DNA of 63,976 nucleotides, filler included, from Licmophora abbreviata (GCA_900291995.1; 22 parts of 22 records of this genome joined end to end with filler, not necessarily neighbours in it), one strand, 5' to 3'. Shown: positions 37,170-50,033, counted from the first letter of the whole stretch. Made by a program: numbers and translations. The notes: generated from the sequence alone by a model not told the origin.

Positions 37170-40105
37170 CTATATTGTTGGCGAATGATCAATGCCGTTT
37201 GATGAAGAGAGATCCGACTTTTGGCGTTGTCGAAACATGTGTGAGCTGTGGGGGGAGCTTGATTCAAAGCTTTCGTGCTCTTCGGAATGGAGGTCCGGGC
37301 CTGATGTCAGACGATCGGGATGCGCCATGCCCGGAATCGCCGGAATCAATGACGCCAGCTCAAACGATGACGATTGCTTTACGCTGTTGGGTGCCATCCC
37401 AAGGCGTTCTACCATGTAGTACGTGTAGCCGCCAAGAATAAAGACGGTAAACACAATCGACGCCGAGGTCATAGCCTTCATCTCAGACTTCAGTCTTGAG
37501 CCTTCCCCTGTAACAGTGTCGTAGAGAGGTATGTTCTCCACTAGTGCGAATGACATGGCGCCGCGAAGGCCGGCGAACCACAGGATCAGTTGCATCTTCG
37601 AGTCAACAATTACTCCAGTAGAAGCTGTTGGGTTTCTTCGGTGAATCCCTTGCGGACGGCAGTTGTTTCTTGCTTGCTGGAGATAGGTCGTCCAGTTTGC
37701 TAGAAAACTGAGGGAAGGTATCATGATCGCTCGACTTATGCAGCACGCAAAGATAGCAATCGCCGTATGCCAGAAGTTCCAGTGATACCTGTAGCTAAAA
37801 AGAAAGTAGCCCAGGTAGGCGAAAATGGCCGTCTCCATCATGGTCGCAAGAATCTCCGTCACGAATCCCACATGCGTGCGGGCGACAGACGAGAGATGTC
37901 CTTGCCTGGAAAATGCACGTTTCCAAATCGATTTATCACTTCGCTTGTGCGAGACGTTGCTGATGACGTGATCGCCGTTGGATGAATGACCGCCGTTCTC
38001 GGACGAATGCTGCCCGACAACGTACAAGTCCATCACGAAACCAGTCGTCACGACGGCGACAATACCGGACNNNNNNNNNNNNNNNNNNNNNNNNNNNNNN
38101 NNNNNNNNNNNNNNTTAATTAATTAANNNNNNNNNNNNNNNNNNNNNNNNNNNNNNNNNNNNNNNNNNNNAGCGTTCCGCGGTGCACGACAAATGCAGTT
38201 ATCACCGTTGCTAGGAGTGTGCCCGCTATTGCATAGAACAGAATCGGTATCACATGCCGGTTGAAGGACTTCTTATCGATACTGAGAGCGGCTTCGAAGA
38301 CTGTGCAAGAACAAAGGAGAACAACAAGAGCGAGTGAGTATTGCTATTGCGACTATTATGTAATGTGGTTATCGAGCACTGCTTGTATTCGGTCTATCGT
38401 ACCTATAGGGGGGACCATGATGCGTAGGAACAACTCCCCGTCGAAGGAGAAGTCATAGTGCGGTATGAACGAGCAGACCATGCCGCATAACACTGGAGGA
38501 GCAAGGAGAAGACGAAAACTTGAGTTTTCGATAAGCCACCAGTTGAGATCGGTCGTCGCGAAACACAAACGTACCTCCAACAAGAATGCAGCCCGCTGCT
38601 TCGGGCAGCCACCGCACTTGAAAGTGACGAATAAGGCTTTTCACCATGCCACAGAAAGCAATTATGATGACGATGATAATGAGTTTTCGATCCGAGACAG
38701 CTTCTTCTCCGGGCGCATCACAATTCTCGTGAAAAACATTAAGAATGGATGCGCAGCAAGTTCTAGCTTCGACGGAATCAGGGTCGTTCAAGAGGGCCGA
38801 GACAGCTGCACTGGTATCTGAAACAGCCTTTGACGAAGCCTCCGCATCGGCTTGCGCTTCCGTCAGGGTGATATTTGTCTGATTCGCCTTGGCTATTGCA
38901 GATGCAGCAATTACGTCCGATTCCTTCTGTAACATGAGCGTCTCCGCCAAAACCTGTCCTGATACATGTTGGCTGGTCGTGGGGAGCGATAGAGACTGCT
39001 TAGGTTTTTCCTTTGGAGTCTCCTGGACTGGTGGCTCCGTTGCGCTGTCATCCTCTGTTCCATTCTTTCCAGCGTCAATATTCTCCTCAATCACTATTTC
39101 TTCCGCACCGGGCATAGTCACCCCTTCCGTTTCCTGGGTGCTCATACGAGGAGTTGGTATCGCTGCCTGTTCTTCCGCTTCTGTCGCCAGTCTCCGTCGA
39201 GCTCGGCCAGCGTCAAGCCGACGGCGTACATCGGTCAGCAGAGCGCGGTCAAGATCGTTCTCAACCTGGTATCTCGATTCTTCATATACTTCCCCTGCAA
39301 CTAGCTCGTCAGCAAAGAAAAATTCATGCTCTTCCTGCCGGTTCCCTACGAGATTCCTCACGATGCTGTGAAGTGACTGAGACAAGCGATACGAGAATAC
39401 TTTCCAGTCTGGAATACGTTTCGTCTTGGACTCAAACAACCGTCGACGATTCTTCTGTGTTGGAAGCGCTGTTGCTTGCGATGTATCTGTCGCAGGTTTT
39501 GGCTCTTCCTTCGATCCACCACCGCAGGTTTTGTCGAAGGCTTTCTTCAGTCCCTCGCATTCATCCTTGGCGTCAGTGGCGTTAATGACAAAGTTGATGA
39601 CCGAGTCGCGGCATTCCAGTGCATCAGCGGCACGCACAGTCGTGGAAGACTTGGGTATATAGTCATCATCGGCATTCACAATGGGAAACGGAAGTTTGGG
39701 ATCTTCGTCGGACGGCCCGACCCTTGCCAGATGTTCTCCAACGGTCACCCGAGTGGTACTCACCGCAGATTCGTGTTCTTTTTCAAGTTGCATAATTGCG
39801 GCTTCTTCTTCGGACAAGGGAATCGGCGGTGCATCCACATCAATCACAGTAGCAGCAGCAACCGTGGTTTCCGCTGTTCGATCTGTCGAAGACATGCCAG
39901 TGAACCCAATCGGTCCGAACAGACCAAGGACGCTCAGAACGAGCAAAATGACAGCTAGTAGTGGATAGTTTCTCATGATGCGGGAAGCACTGTTTTCGAG
40001 GGACCGTGATGTGACTTCTGAATCGTAAGAACGGACCGTCTCCAAACCATCGTCGTCCTCGTCGTCGTGTTGACGCTCCGGCGACGAAATCGTGGGAAGC
40101 CTCAT
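37170..40105 (-). CDS. Na+/H+ exchanger (CPA1/NHE) with long N-terminal extension (introns; internal gap)
   Basis: WLPEAAGCILVG, FLRIMVPPI|VFEAA, ETAIFAYLG and WFAGLRGAMSFAL. Confidence 0.9.
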
Positions 40106-40314
40106 ACTCTCCGAGAGCACTTTCGAAAATGAAAACGAGGTGCGTTGGCTAATTTCCTTCGGACTTGAGCTAGGCCTTCCAAAACACTTAACCAGCCCTA
40201 AACCAGCAATTTAANNNNNNNNNNNNNNNNNNNNNNNNNNNNNNNNNNNNNNNNNNNNTTAATTAATTAANNNNNNNNNNNNNNNNNNNNNNNNNNNNNN
40301 NNNNNNNNNNNNNN

Positions 40315-41025
40315 GGAGCAAATCCGATGGAACGAGATGTAAGGGGAATCACATTGTTGCATTGGGCGGCAGGAACCGGCAATCTGGATGGTGTGAAACG
40401 ATTGTTGCCACATTTCAAAGACGGCGCATCGACGCCGGCCGAGCGCGACGGAGCTATGCCGTTGCATTGGGCCGCGGCCGGTGCCAAGGCGCGCGAATTC
40501 GGATGCGGAGGTCATATTCATGTCTGTACATATCTGCTGAATCAGATGGAGAGTAGTGTCGATAGATATCGAGTTGTAAATCAACTCACGAAGGACGGCA
40601 ATTCGGTGTTGATGTGGGCCGCATGGTCGGGAACCCTGGATGTTGTCAAGTTGTTGATACGGAATCGCGCCGATGCTACGGTGCCCAACCACAATGGCTG
40701 TACCGTGGCTCACTGGGCATCATCAGGGGGCAGCTTAAAGGTGTGTCGATACTTGGAAGAGACGGTCGGGGTAGACTTTACTGAAGCGAACCATGGAGGC
40801 AACACGCCCCTGACCCACGCGGTTGCGTTTGGTAGAGCAGACGTTGTCGAGTGGCTACGAAAGGAAATAGGGACCGGATCTGATGATAGAGTAGCGGCGG
40901 CACTTGCCAAAGAATTTGTGGGGTGGACTGACGGAGACTCGAATCGCCAACAGGTATTGAATATGTTTGATGACTGGTTTGGAACGGGTGGCGGCGAAGA
41001 CGAGTTGTCCACTAGCGGTACGTAA
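40315..41025 (+). CDS. Ankyrin-repeat protein (5'-partial)
   Basis: Five ankyrin starts: GITLLHWAA, GAMPLHWAA, GNSVLMWAA, GCTVAHWAS, GNTPLTHAV. Confidence 0.9.
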   Translation, partial: GANPMERDVRGITLLHWAAGTGNLDGVKRLLPHFKDGASTPAERDGAMPLHWAAAGAKAREFGCGGHIHVCTYLLNQMESSVDRYRVVNQLTKDGNSVLMWAAWSGTLDVVKLLIRNRADATVPNHNGCTVAHWASSGGSLKVCRYLEETVGVDFTEANHGGNTPLTHAVAFGRADVVEWLRKEIGTGSDDRVAAALAKEFVGWTDGDSNRQQVLNMFDDWFGTGGGEDELSTSGT

Positions 41026-41085
41026 GATGATACTGGAGATCTCGCATACTTTTAGAAATACGAATACGCTCCAGGGTCACCATAA

Positions 41086-41574
41086 TTACTTTATTCTTGT
41101 GCCGTCTTGTCTCATGCCATGTTTCTTGAAGAACGATGATACATGACCCTTGACACAGTCGTCCAGAATTGATCGGACTCCAGCACATTCAGTGTGACAT
41201 GCTGCCTCGGCTTGTCCGTTTCCCTTGACATCGTCGCACCACTCGACTTCGCATATCGTAGCCTGTTGAATTTCCCACGGACACCCTCCCATGTTGATGT
41301 GTCGGTATGCTCGGTTGACAGTGTCCTCGCACCGACTAGCTTGCGAGAGAAGCGATGCGCACGCCTTGTCTTTTTCTTCTTCTTGCTTGTCAATACCGTC
41401 ATCCAGACACGATTTTGCTTGATTTCTAGGTTCCTTGCAAAAGTGGTTCAAGTTAGCATTGATTGTACGAAGATCCTTACCTCCCATGCCAAAACTGGAC
41501 GAGGTAAACAGCGTGCTCATGCAGCCGAATAGACAGGCTCCCAAGAGAGAGAGTTTCGCCCGATCGGAGAACAT
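41086..41574 (-). CDS. Small protein with N-terminal hydrophobic segment and four CX9C motifs
   Basis: CKEPRNQAKSC, CASLLSQASRC, CPWEIQQATIC and CAGVRSILDDC. Confidence 0.7.
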   Translation of the reverse strand: MFSDRAKLSLLGACLFGCMSTLFTSSSFGMGGKDLRTINANLNHFCKEPRNQAKSCLDDGIDKQEEEKDKACASLLSQASRCEDTVNRAYRHINMGGCPWEIQQATICEVEWCDDVKGNGQAEAACHTECAGVRSILDDCVKGHVSSFFKKHGMRQDGTRIK

Positions 41575-42026
41575 CGTGCAGTTCTTCTTTTCGCGTTCTT
41601 CGGTCTCTCGATCGTATGTATCAGGAGCCGAAGGACCACCACAGTATTGCCTTCTGCAGTACGAACTCAAACCACACAGCCGTCTATCTCGTCATCGTTG
41701 TCAACTCTCGTCGTTGTCGTGATGTGAGACCCGCTATGATGAGCCGCGAGGGGCCTCTTGTTATCTCGTGTCATGGCGCAGACGGATGAGAGTAGATTCG
41801 CTCACTTCTCGGACGGGAACGCTCAAGCTTCGCGCCAAAAAGTGATGCGTCAGAGAGTAAGTACAAAGTTCTACTTCAGGCTACGTAAAACTGACGTGTC
41901 TGTGTGTCCACTACCCACAAGTCCGGAAAAACAACACAAAATGTTTGGCACACACCAACAACAGTGCGCCACTGAGCAAAGACGGAAGTTGGAACACTTG
42001 TATTTCGTACATTGCGACTGTGAACC

Positions 42027-43758
42027 ATGCCTTCTTCCAAGCGTATTCCGATCCCTCCCACGGCAGTGACTCTATCCTTCGGTGGTGTCGACTTCCGATT
42101 GGATTCTGACTCGTTGACGACCTCGGACGACACGCAAGTCTCCTTTCAGGGCAAAGACGACGACAATGTAATTGTCAACTTGACTAACTTTACGGGCACC
42201 ATGTGTGTCTCCATGTCATCCCTTCCAAGTACTACTCATCCGCAAGAGCGACCCAGTCGAGTATCGCTGGATACTATGACAATGACTCGTCATGATGGAA
42301 CGCCGGACACGACGACCGCCAAGGTTGTCGAGGAGTCCGTGTCGCCCCCGGCAAACAACAACAAGACAAACGAGGCCGCTTCCAAACGCGGTGCCGCCGA
42401 TATATCTCCTCGTCAACAGCAATTGACCTTTCCCAAACAGAACAAGTCGAAATTGCTGGCTGTCAAGAAGGGGGGCAAAACGACATCGTCTGTCACTGAA
42501 ACGCCCGCTGCCGCGACTTCCAAAACTGATGTCCCGGACAAGCCTCAGAAAGGAGAACGCGACCAGCAGAAGCGGACCCTCGTCGAAATTCAGACCAACG
42601 CAGTACCGTCGCCGCTCACCAAGAAGAGCCGTCGCGATCAGGATGTGTCTGACGATTCTGCCTTGATGTCTTTGATGCAGAATGCTTCTCAGCTGTCGCA
42701 GCCTACACAGGAGAGCAATACTAACCAAAACTTGGAGCTTACGCAGGAAGACACTGTCGACGGGCGCGAAGATTTATTCCTCCCTGCAGACAGTAAGTCC
42801 GTCTTGTCGTCGGCGTCGGATTCGGATGACAACAACGACAACATCTTGTGTAGCGGTGAAGAGACGTCAAATCAGACTGATTCGGTCCCTCGTGATGTGA
42901 CTGTGCAGTCCGAGCGCAGAGGGCAGCCGCCACCAAGTCCTCGTTGGGGACATAGCATGACGAAACTCGACGGCGAACGGCTTATTGTTTACGGTGGCCA
43001 AGGATATGATTCCGAAACGGGAAAGCCACAGGTGCTTTCGGACATTCACGTCTACGACTTGAGGAAACACATTTGGTATCAACCGGTCAACTGTAAAGTA
43101 CGTATGGTATCTACAAAATGGTCTCTTTTACACGACGAGACATTGGCTTCTCACGTGACGCCCTTGCTCATTCCTTTATCTCTACAGGGAGTTCCACGCC
43201 AGTGGCATACTGCCACGTTCCTTCCTTCGCGCCAACTCCTTATCTCGTTTGGCGGTGAAACGAAACACCCCAAGACTGGGCGTATCACGACGACCGACCA
43301 AGTCATGGTGTTGGACACCGAAATCATGCTTTGGTATCCTCCGTCCGTGAGCGGAACGATACCCAGTGGCCGCAGTGGACATACTGCCACCATCTTGTCC
43401 AACGCCAGTGAATTGGTCGTCTTTGGGGGAGTCAAGGGAAGCAAGTGGCAAAACTCAGTCGCTGTGCTCGACATTTCTCGCTGGAGGTGGAGTGCTCCCA
43501 AGGTCCTGGGCGACGCACCCCGTCCGCGCTCTTACCATTCCGCGACTGCCATAAGTGGTGACGATGGTGTGAGTCGTTTGGTCATCTTTGGTGGGAACGA
43601 CGCTGTTTCGAGCTTCAATTCCGTTCACGTCTTGGAAACCGACGGCGAACGTTGGACATGGATCCACCCTAACGTTGGTGGGACTGCTCCGTCGGCCCGA
43701 ACAGGACATTGTGCCACGTTGTTGGGAGACAACAAGACGATTATGGTCTATGGTGGAT
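42027..43758 (+). CDS. Kelch-repeat protein with disordered N-terminal half (intron 43098-43187; 3'-partial)
   Basis: Repeats PSPRWGHS..YGG, PRQWHT..FGG, PSGRSGHT..FGG, PRPRSYHS..FGG and PSARTGHC..YGG. Confidence 0.9.
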
Positions 43759-43858
43759 NNNNNNNNNNNNNNNNNNNNNNNNNNNNNNNNNNNNNNNNNN
43801 NNTTAATTAATTAANNNNNNNNNNNNNNNNNNNNNNNNNNNNNNNNNNNNNNNNNNNN

Positions 43859-44954
43859 CATAGGCCATAGGGATACGGTCATCGACCTTGTCGCCTATGC
43901 TGGCATAAGTGCCACGGAGTAAACACGCCTTGTCCAACAGAGTCCGGCTCAAACTATCACCTCCTATGAGTGCGCCGGTTTCGAAGGCTTTTCTCCAACG
44001 AGTTATCATCCACTCGAGGCAAGCGTTGTGTCTTTGTGTCGGCGGCAAGTCGAGACACTGAAGCGTCATCTTTTCATCTCCCGAAAGCATGCCCCGATCA
44101 ACCATGCGACTTAGGCTTCGGTCTGTCAGGAAGACTCGATAACGGCGTGAGCTTGATGCCCAGAGAAGCGCGTGAAATGTTCGACTGTACTTTGCCACAT
44201 CGTCTAGCAATTCGCGAGCTTCCGGCGTGTAGCTTCCAGTCTCATCACGACGGGCATGTGTGGCCAACAGCATATTGATGTCGTTGAGACGGCCCTGAAT
44301 ACCCCTTCCTATATTATACATGGATCTCCAAAACTGATATGCCTCATCGACAAAGAATGTCAGGACGAATGTCGTCAAGGTCATCTGGTAGTGCCAAACT
44401 TTATCGAAAATCAAGGCGGGCAATGATAGGGTGACTGGCATCGGGCTTGAGTCCGATCGCCCAAATCGAGCCAGAACGGGCCGTGATGGCACGTAAAGCA
44501 ACGACCACACCCAAGGACACCGTCATGTTTACAATAGTGAGAATCAGACCTGCGTGAAAGAGAAGAGCGTATGGGTGTCGGCAAGTGAGAATCTGCTAGA
44601 ATTGAAACGCTTCCAAATTATCGGGGACTCTTACTGTTCTGAAGGACAGTTCCATGAAAGCGTTTCCATAACCACGATCGCTCGGGCCGATGTGGGCGAA
44701 TGATGTCTCCGCCCCTCGTCCCTGTAAACGCGTCAATGGCCTCGTCTATCTGCTCGTCCGTCGCGGTTTGTTCTAGTACCGCGATTGGTGTGTCTGCAGC
44801 GACCTGGCAAACCGGAGCGCGACCGAAGTTGGTGAGCTCTTTCAGACCACTGGTCACAGTGCTCACAAGAGGTCACAAGAGGACTGAAACCGAAGGTGAC
44901 ATGTGAGTTGTGAGCCAGGAGTAGAACAGCGACGGAGGAAGCCTTCGTCCTCAT
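43859..44954 (-). pseudogene. Plastid-targeted bestrophin-like (RFP-TM) gene with two frameshifts (intron 44550-44634; 3'-partial)
   Basis: VTFGF presequence; LTTFVLTFFVDEAYQFWR..GRGIQGRLNDI and LRGTYASIGD..RIPMAY. 10-bp duplication at 44863-44882; second shift near 44410. Confidence 0.7.
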
Positions 44955-45280
44955 GATCCATCATATCTTTTTGACTCTCGCGTCACATCCAATTCCATGG
45001 TATCTTTTATTTAAGGGTTTCACTAGATTCCCGATTCCGGATCTTCCCGGCGGAGCACGCGTCGCGACGATGTTGAATTCGACCCTCTCAACTTTTGATT
45101 TATTCCTAGGGGCCATGAGATGAAATGCCGCCGCGGTTAGCTTTGAGAAATTGCCTTGGACCCTGATGAATGCCAGTAATGCATCATTGTCTGATGGTGT
45201 GTTCGAGTGCATACTACTTTGTATATCGTGCTTGCTGAAAAGCCGACTTTCGCCCGATTCCAAAATTCTACTTTGTTGAC

Positions 45281-48200
45281 ATGACCTCCAGTTCATCAGT
45301 CCGAGGCGTGGCGGAAAATGGTGGTCTTCGTACGTTTGACTCGTCAGGATCCCATAGACCGCGAGTCAACTGGAAAGAAAACAAATCTGAAACTCATCAG
45401 GATGGATCCGCTGCAGAGCCGAATGATTCGCTAAGACACTCTCGTCCCTTGACATGGGAGCAAGCCCGGCTGAAGCTGCGATGTGTTCTTGAAGAGTATA
45501 TGAATGCGCATCGTCCTGTTGCCCGGAAACACAACAGCCCAAAGAAAGCAGGGATAGCAGCTACCTTCTTTGACTGGGACCTGGATCTGTACCTCGGGGC
45601 CCTCCCTGCCTCACTTGCACTGTTGAGTTTGTCATGCACGTCGTTTTCCGCGAGAAAGCGCGGCGACACGGATACCCCGCTAAACGTCTCCGCGGACCTT
45701 CGCTTGTACGCCTCACAGATCGTCGCATCTGTCCTACTGCTTCTAGGAGTGATCATAAGTATATCGTTAGTGCGAAGTCGTCGCTACACTTGTAGTCGAG
45801 ATACAGACATGGCGAAGCGAAGGACGATCAGCAAGTTTCTGTCGTCAACCGACCAATATCAACAGGATTTCAGGTTACAACAAGATGGTGACGAAAGCTC
45901 CGCTTTGCCGAAGCCTGTCGAATCGCTGGATGAGAAAGATACATGCTCTATATCAGGGACAGCCATTACTGATGTCTACCCGGTTTACCGACAAGGGGGC
46001 GATTCTGAGGGCGTGTGGGCGCCGGTTCCAACACTCCTTCTAGTGGAAGGTGACTTTATCGCGCTCCAAGTTGGCNNNNNNNNNNNNNNNNNNNNNNNNN
46101 NNNNNNNNNNNNNNNNNNNTTAATTAATTAANNNNNNNNNNNNNNNNNNNNNNNNNNNNNNNNNNNNNNNNNNNNGAATGATGGAAGTCGATTCCAGGGG
46201 ATCGTACATTCCTCAGAAGTTGTTGAGGGCGGCGAAAAGGTCAGCGTCGCTTCCTCCGCCGGTATTCGACGGTCTTTCTCGTCTGCATTCCCACGTGGGA
46301 GGACGACACTCAAGTCGGACTCCCGCGAACTTCTCACGTTGTGTGATCGAATGAGAATCTTCAGCCTCGAAGAAACACCCTTGAATAGGCTTCTCTCTAT
46401 CCCAGAAGGTGAGATCTCTCATGAAGTTGTAAGCGGATGTCCATCCTTCTTCTGGCACCTCCTAACGAACTTACCCATGATTGTCGAAACCCACAGTGAA
46501 GCAGCGGCTTCCTCAGATTCATGGTCAGCTCGCAGTCATCCGCAGCGCTCTTTTTTGCTTTGCGTTTGTCGTTTCTGCAATAACAGTCGCTGTCATTTTT
46601 GTCAGACCAGGCATATCTTCGACGGATCTGTCGATCGTCTTACCTGCACCTTTTTTGGCGGCCCTTGGTGCTCTGCCGGTGACAACGCCGGCCTTTCTTT
46701 TCTTCCTCGAGGTTCTCGGGACTGCGCAAATACTGGTGACGGTACATCCCCACGCAAATGCTCGGTCCGAACACGGCTCATATCGCTCCTTGTTCCTGCG
46801 ATACGCATTCGCCTTGATTACGTCTCGCCTCTCATTACAAAGCGCAACTCGTCACTGCCGAGCGTGCTTTCACGGGATGGCGAGCCTGTTCGTGTGCGAC
46901 ATGGACAATCTTACCAAAGCTGCCCCAAGTCTTGTCCATGTTCCTCCTGCCTCTGCATTCTTGTTGGAAAAGCTTGGTGTGGCAACGGCATTTGCAATTG
47001 TGGATGACGAGCTGGCGTGTGAACCGCACTCCACACCGCAGCAGCTGATGATTCCGTCTGGGAAAGGCATGAAACTACTTGATATATGCGAAACAGTCGA
47101 GATCGACAGTGACGATGACAGTGGCTCCGATACACTGCCCGGTCGTCAGCGAGGAAAGTCGTATGGGTCTTCACCGCATGATTCCGATTCAGACTCAGAC
47201 GACGAGCATCGAGGGCACGGGGCGGCTCTTCCACGAGGGAGGAAGCCAAAAACAAAGCGACACAGGAAGCGAAAAAGCAGCAAGGCTGGAAACGACGACA
47301 AGGCGCCATTTGAATCCGATTCTGGTGATGAGGGCGAGATGGAAGTTCAGTTCGAGGATCCGCTTTGGTGGCAACACCTTCCATCGCTGAAGTGTATAGG
47401 NNNNNNNNNNNNNNNNNNNNNNNNNNNNNNNNNNNNNNNNNNNNTTAATTAATTAANNNNNNNNNNNNNNNNNNNNNNNNNNNNNNNNNNNNNNNNNNNN
47501 GACGAAGCTTCACGGCGAGCGACTTGAAATGGACGCCCATGCATTGGGTCTCGAAGAGTCGCGTTCATGGGGACTTCTCAGACCAGACTGCACATCAGTT
47601 GTCGTCCGCGATAGACGATCCAAGGCATACCAGCTTCTTACCGTCGGGGACCCACGTGTGGTGACGAGACTGTGTCGTGAGGCGTGGCAAGGCGAGAACT
47701 CAACAATTTTCCCACTGAATGCATCAGATCGCGCTAACATTCTCGATACGAGTACGAACTGGGTACTAGCAGACTTGGATGTTGCAGCATTCAGCTATTC
47801 GCCACTTCCTCACACTCTAGAAGCGATCTTGACACGACGGCAGCTAGGAAGCCGCGAGGTACGTATTTGTTGTTCAGTTTGTAATTCCTTTTCCTGTCCT
47901 TCGAATCTTATCCTCATGACAAACTTTTGCAGGTCTACTTGGTTGACAACAACGCTGCAGCGTCATCGTCGAAAGAGTCAATGTCAGACGAATTCGCGCT
48001 AGTGAATGACCAGATCTTTCTAGGGGTTCTCGGTTCCGCTGTAATCCCGAAGAAGGATATTGATAAGCTACTCGACATCTTCAATGAGGCGGGTGTTCGA
48101 TTTGTGTACTTCTCTCCCCGGAACATGCGACGAACGAAGGAGTTGGCTAGTCAGATGGGAATCGAAGTCTCCTGGAACTGCGCCATATCACTCCGCTCTC

Positions 48201-49627
48201 TCGACGAAGGACAAGACGACCCACATCGAATGATCTCTCCTTATGCAGACTGGGACGTAAACGCCAAGCTTCCGCACGGAATCGAAAATGTCCGGAAACA
48301 CCTGGAGGAGGTTGATAATGTCCCTCTGCTCGTTAGTTTGTTCACTGATTCGACGAAGGAAACCTCGAAAGAAATGGTAAGAATTCATTTTGGATGCAAG
48401 AAGTCATGTGATGCGTCTCTCACGGCGTCGTTTGTGGTAGCTCCGTACGTTCCAAGATTATAGCGACACCGTACTTGTCATGGGTCTCTCGCATCTGGCT
48501 CGGAACTTCGATATCTTTGCCGCCGCTGACGTTGCTGTTGGGGCCGACGTTCTTTCAGAAGAGCTTCGAACCGACGACACTACTGAACGTCAATATCATA
48601 ACAGCGTTCTTCCTCACGAGATATCTTTCGTATCGGCAATATCAGCTCATCCCTGCGCGTTTAGCCTTCGAGGCACTTCAGCTCCATCGAAGATGCCTGC
48701 GATTATCGCAAGTGGCCGCGCGGCCCTCGAGGCTGCCAAAGCGGCTGGTCTGTTTTTGATCTTCGGCTGTGTGTCATTTTCGCTCTTTGTGCTCTTCTCA
48801 ATGTGCGCAGTCTCGACGAGTCTGCCCTTCGTACCAACTCTTGGTTCGGTCCTGTACTTGCAGGTCGTTTTGCCCATGATTGGCATGTCAATGGCGGCTA
48901 GTGACGCTGAATTGGAGTCAATGGAGCGTGTACCGCCGAAGAACGTCGAGTCTATCACGTTTGAGCGTCAAGAGGGACGGCGCCTCTACACGAGTCTATT
49001 TGTCAAGGCACTCTTGCCGTCAGTACTTCCTCAAATTCTCTTTCTTATTTCGTTTGGTGAGCTGATGATCGAATTCGATCCCGGCCTTCTCGCGTCGGAA
49101 TGCACCATGTCGCCGGAAGACATAGCGAACGCCGATTGGACGAGCATCATTCGGTGCGAGGGCTTGAAGGAATATTCTGGAGACGCGAGAACGGCAAGCG
49201 GTGCCATTATTCTGGCAGAAATGGTATTGTGTGTCACTATTGCATCTGCTTCCTTTGTTCGCAGTACAATACCGATATTGCAAGAGCCGCCTTGGAGGCA
49301 CAATCGCGTATGGGCGTGGGCGTGTCTCGCGAGCATCGGGGCTGTGACGATTTATTTGGTGGCAGTCCTTCCAAACGGCACGTTCGCTGCACTGCCTTGG
49401 TATTTCTTTGTACTTGCGGTTATTACGCCTTGCCTATGTCTCATCGGTCACGAGATGCTAAAGCGCTCTGAGTGTCGCCATGCCGCTCGGGCGGTGAAGT
49501 TACGCCGACTGAAGTTCGAAACAAGGTAAGTGCATGAGACCATCTATCCCGAGAAGGTACGGCTTTTCAGTTTTGCTCACCTACTTGTTGGTCCAACATC
49601 AGGCTTGGAATGTGGTCCCCGAAGTAG
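45281..49627 (+). CDS. TMEM94: TMEM94-like P-type-ATPase-related membrane protein (several introns, two gaps)
   Basis: VPTLLLVEGDFIAL, QFEDPLWWQHLPSLK, GVRFVYFS, SWNCAISL, AKLPHGIENVRKHLEEVDNVPLLVSLFTD; C-terminus KFETR|LGMWSPK. Confidence 0.88.
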
Positions 49628-50033
49628 ACATTATCCCTTTGTCTTGAAGCTATGTAGCCTAGTACATATTGGCACAGGTAGACTATCTCATGTGTTCCAT
49701 ATCATCGGCAAGCTCCCTTTCAAATATCTCATTTCGCTCTCCTGTGCAGGGCTGTATGCATCCTACACATGCGATTTTATTAAGAAATAGCACGGTTTGG
49801 TATTAATGAATAATGAGTCTGTTGATTATTTGAAGATACCGTCACGAATGATTATGATGAAGTAACAAATGCGTGGGTGTTCGCGATTCACGAACCATAT
49901 CGGTTCTAACGATCTTTCCACTTTGGCGCGCAATCTTTTCGTTCCGAAAGCCGAGAGGACATCGCCAAAGGGTCTCACAAATCCGTCGATCATTGCAAGC
50001 AAATTGCAAGCAAGGGAAAGCATTGTCATCACC

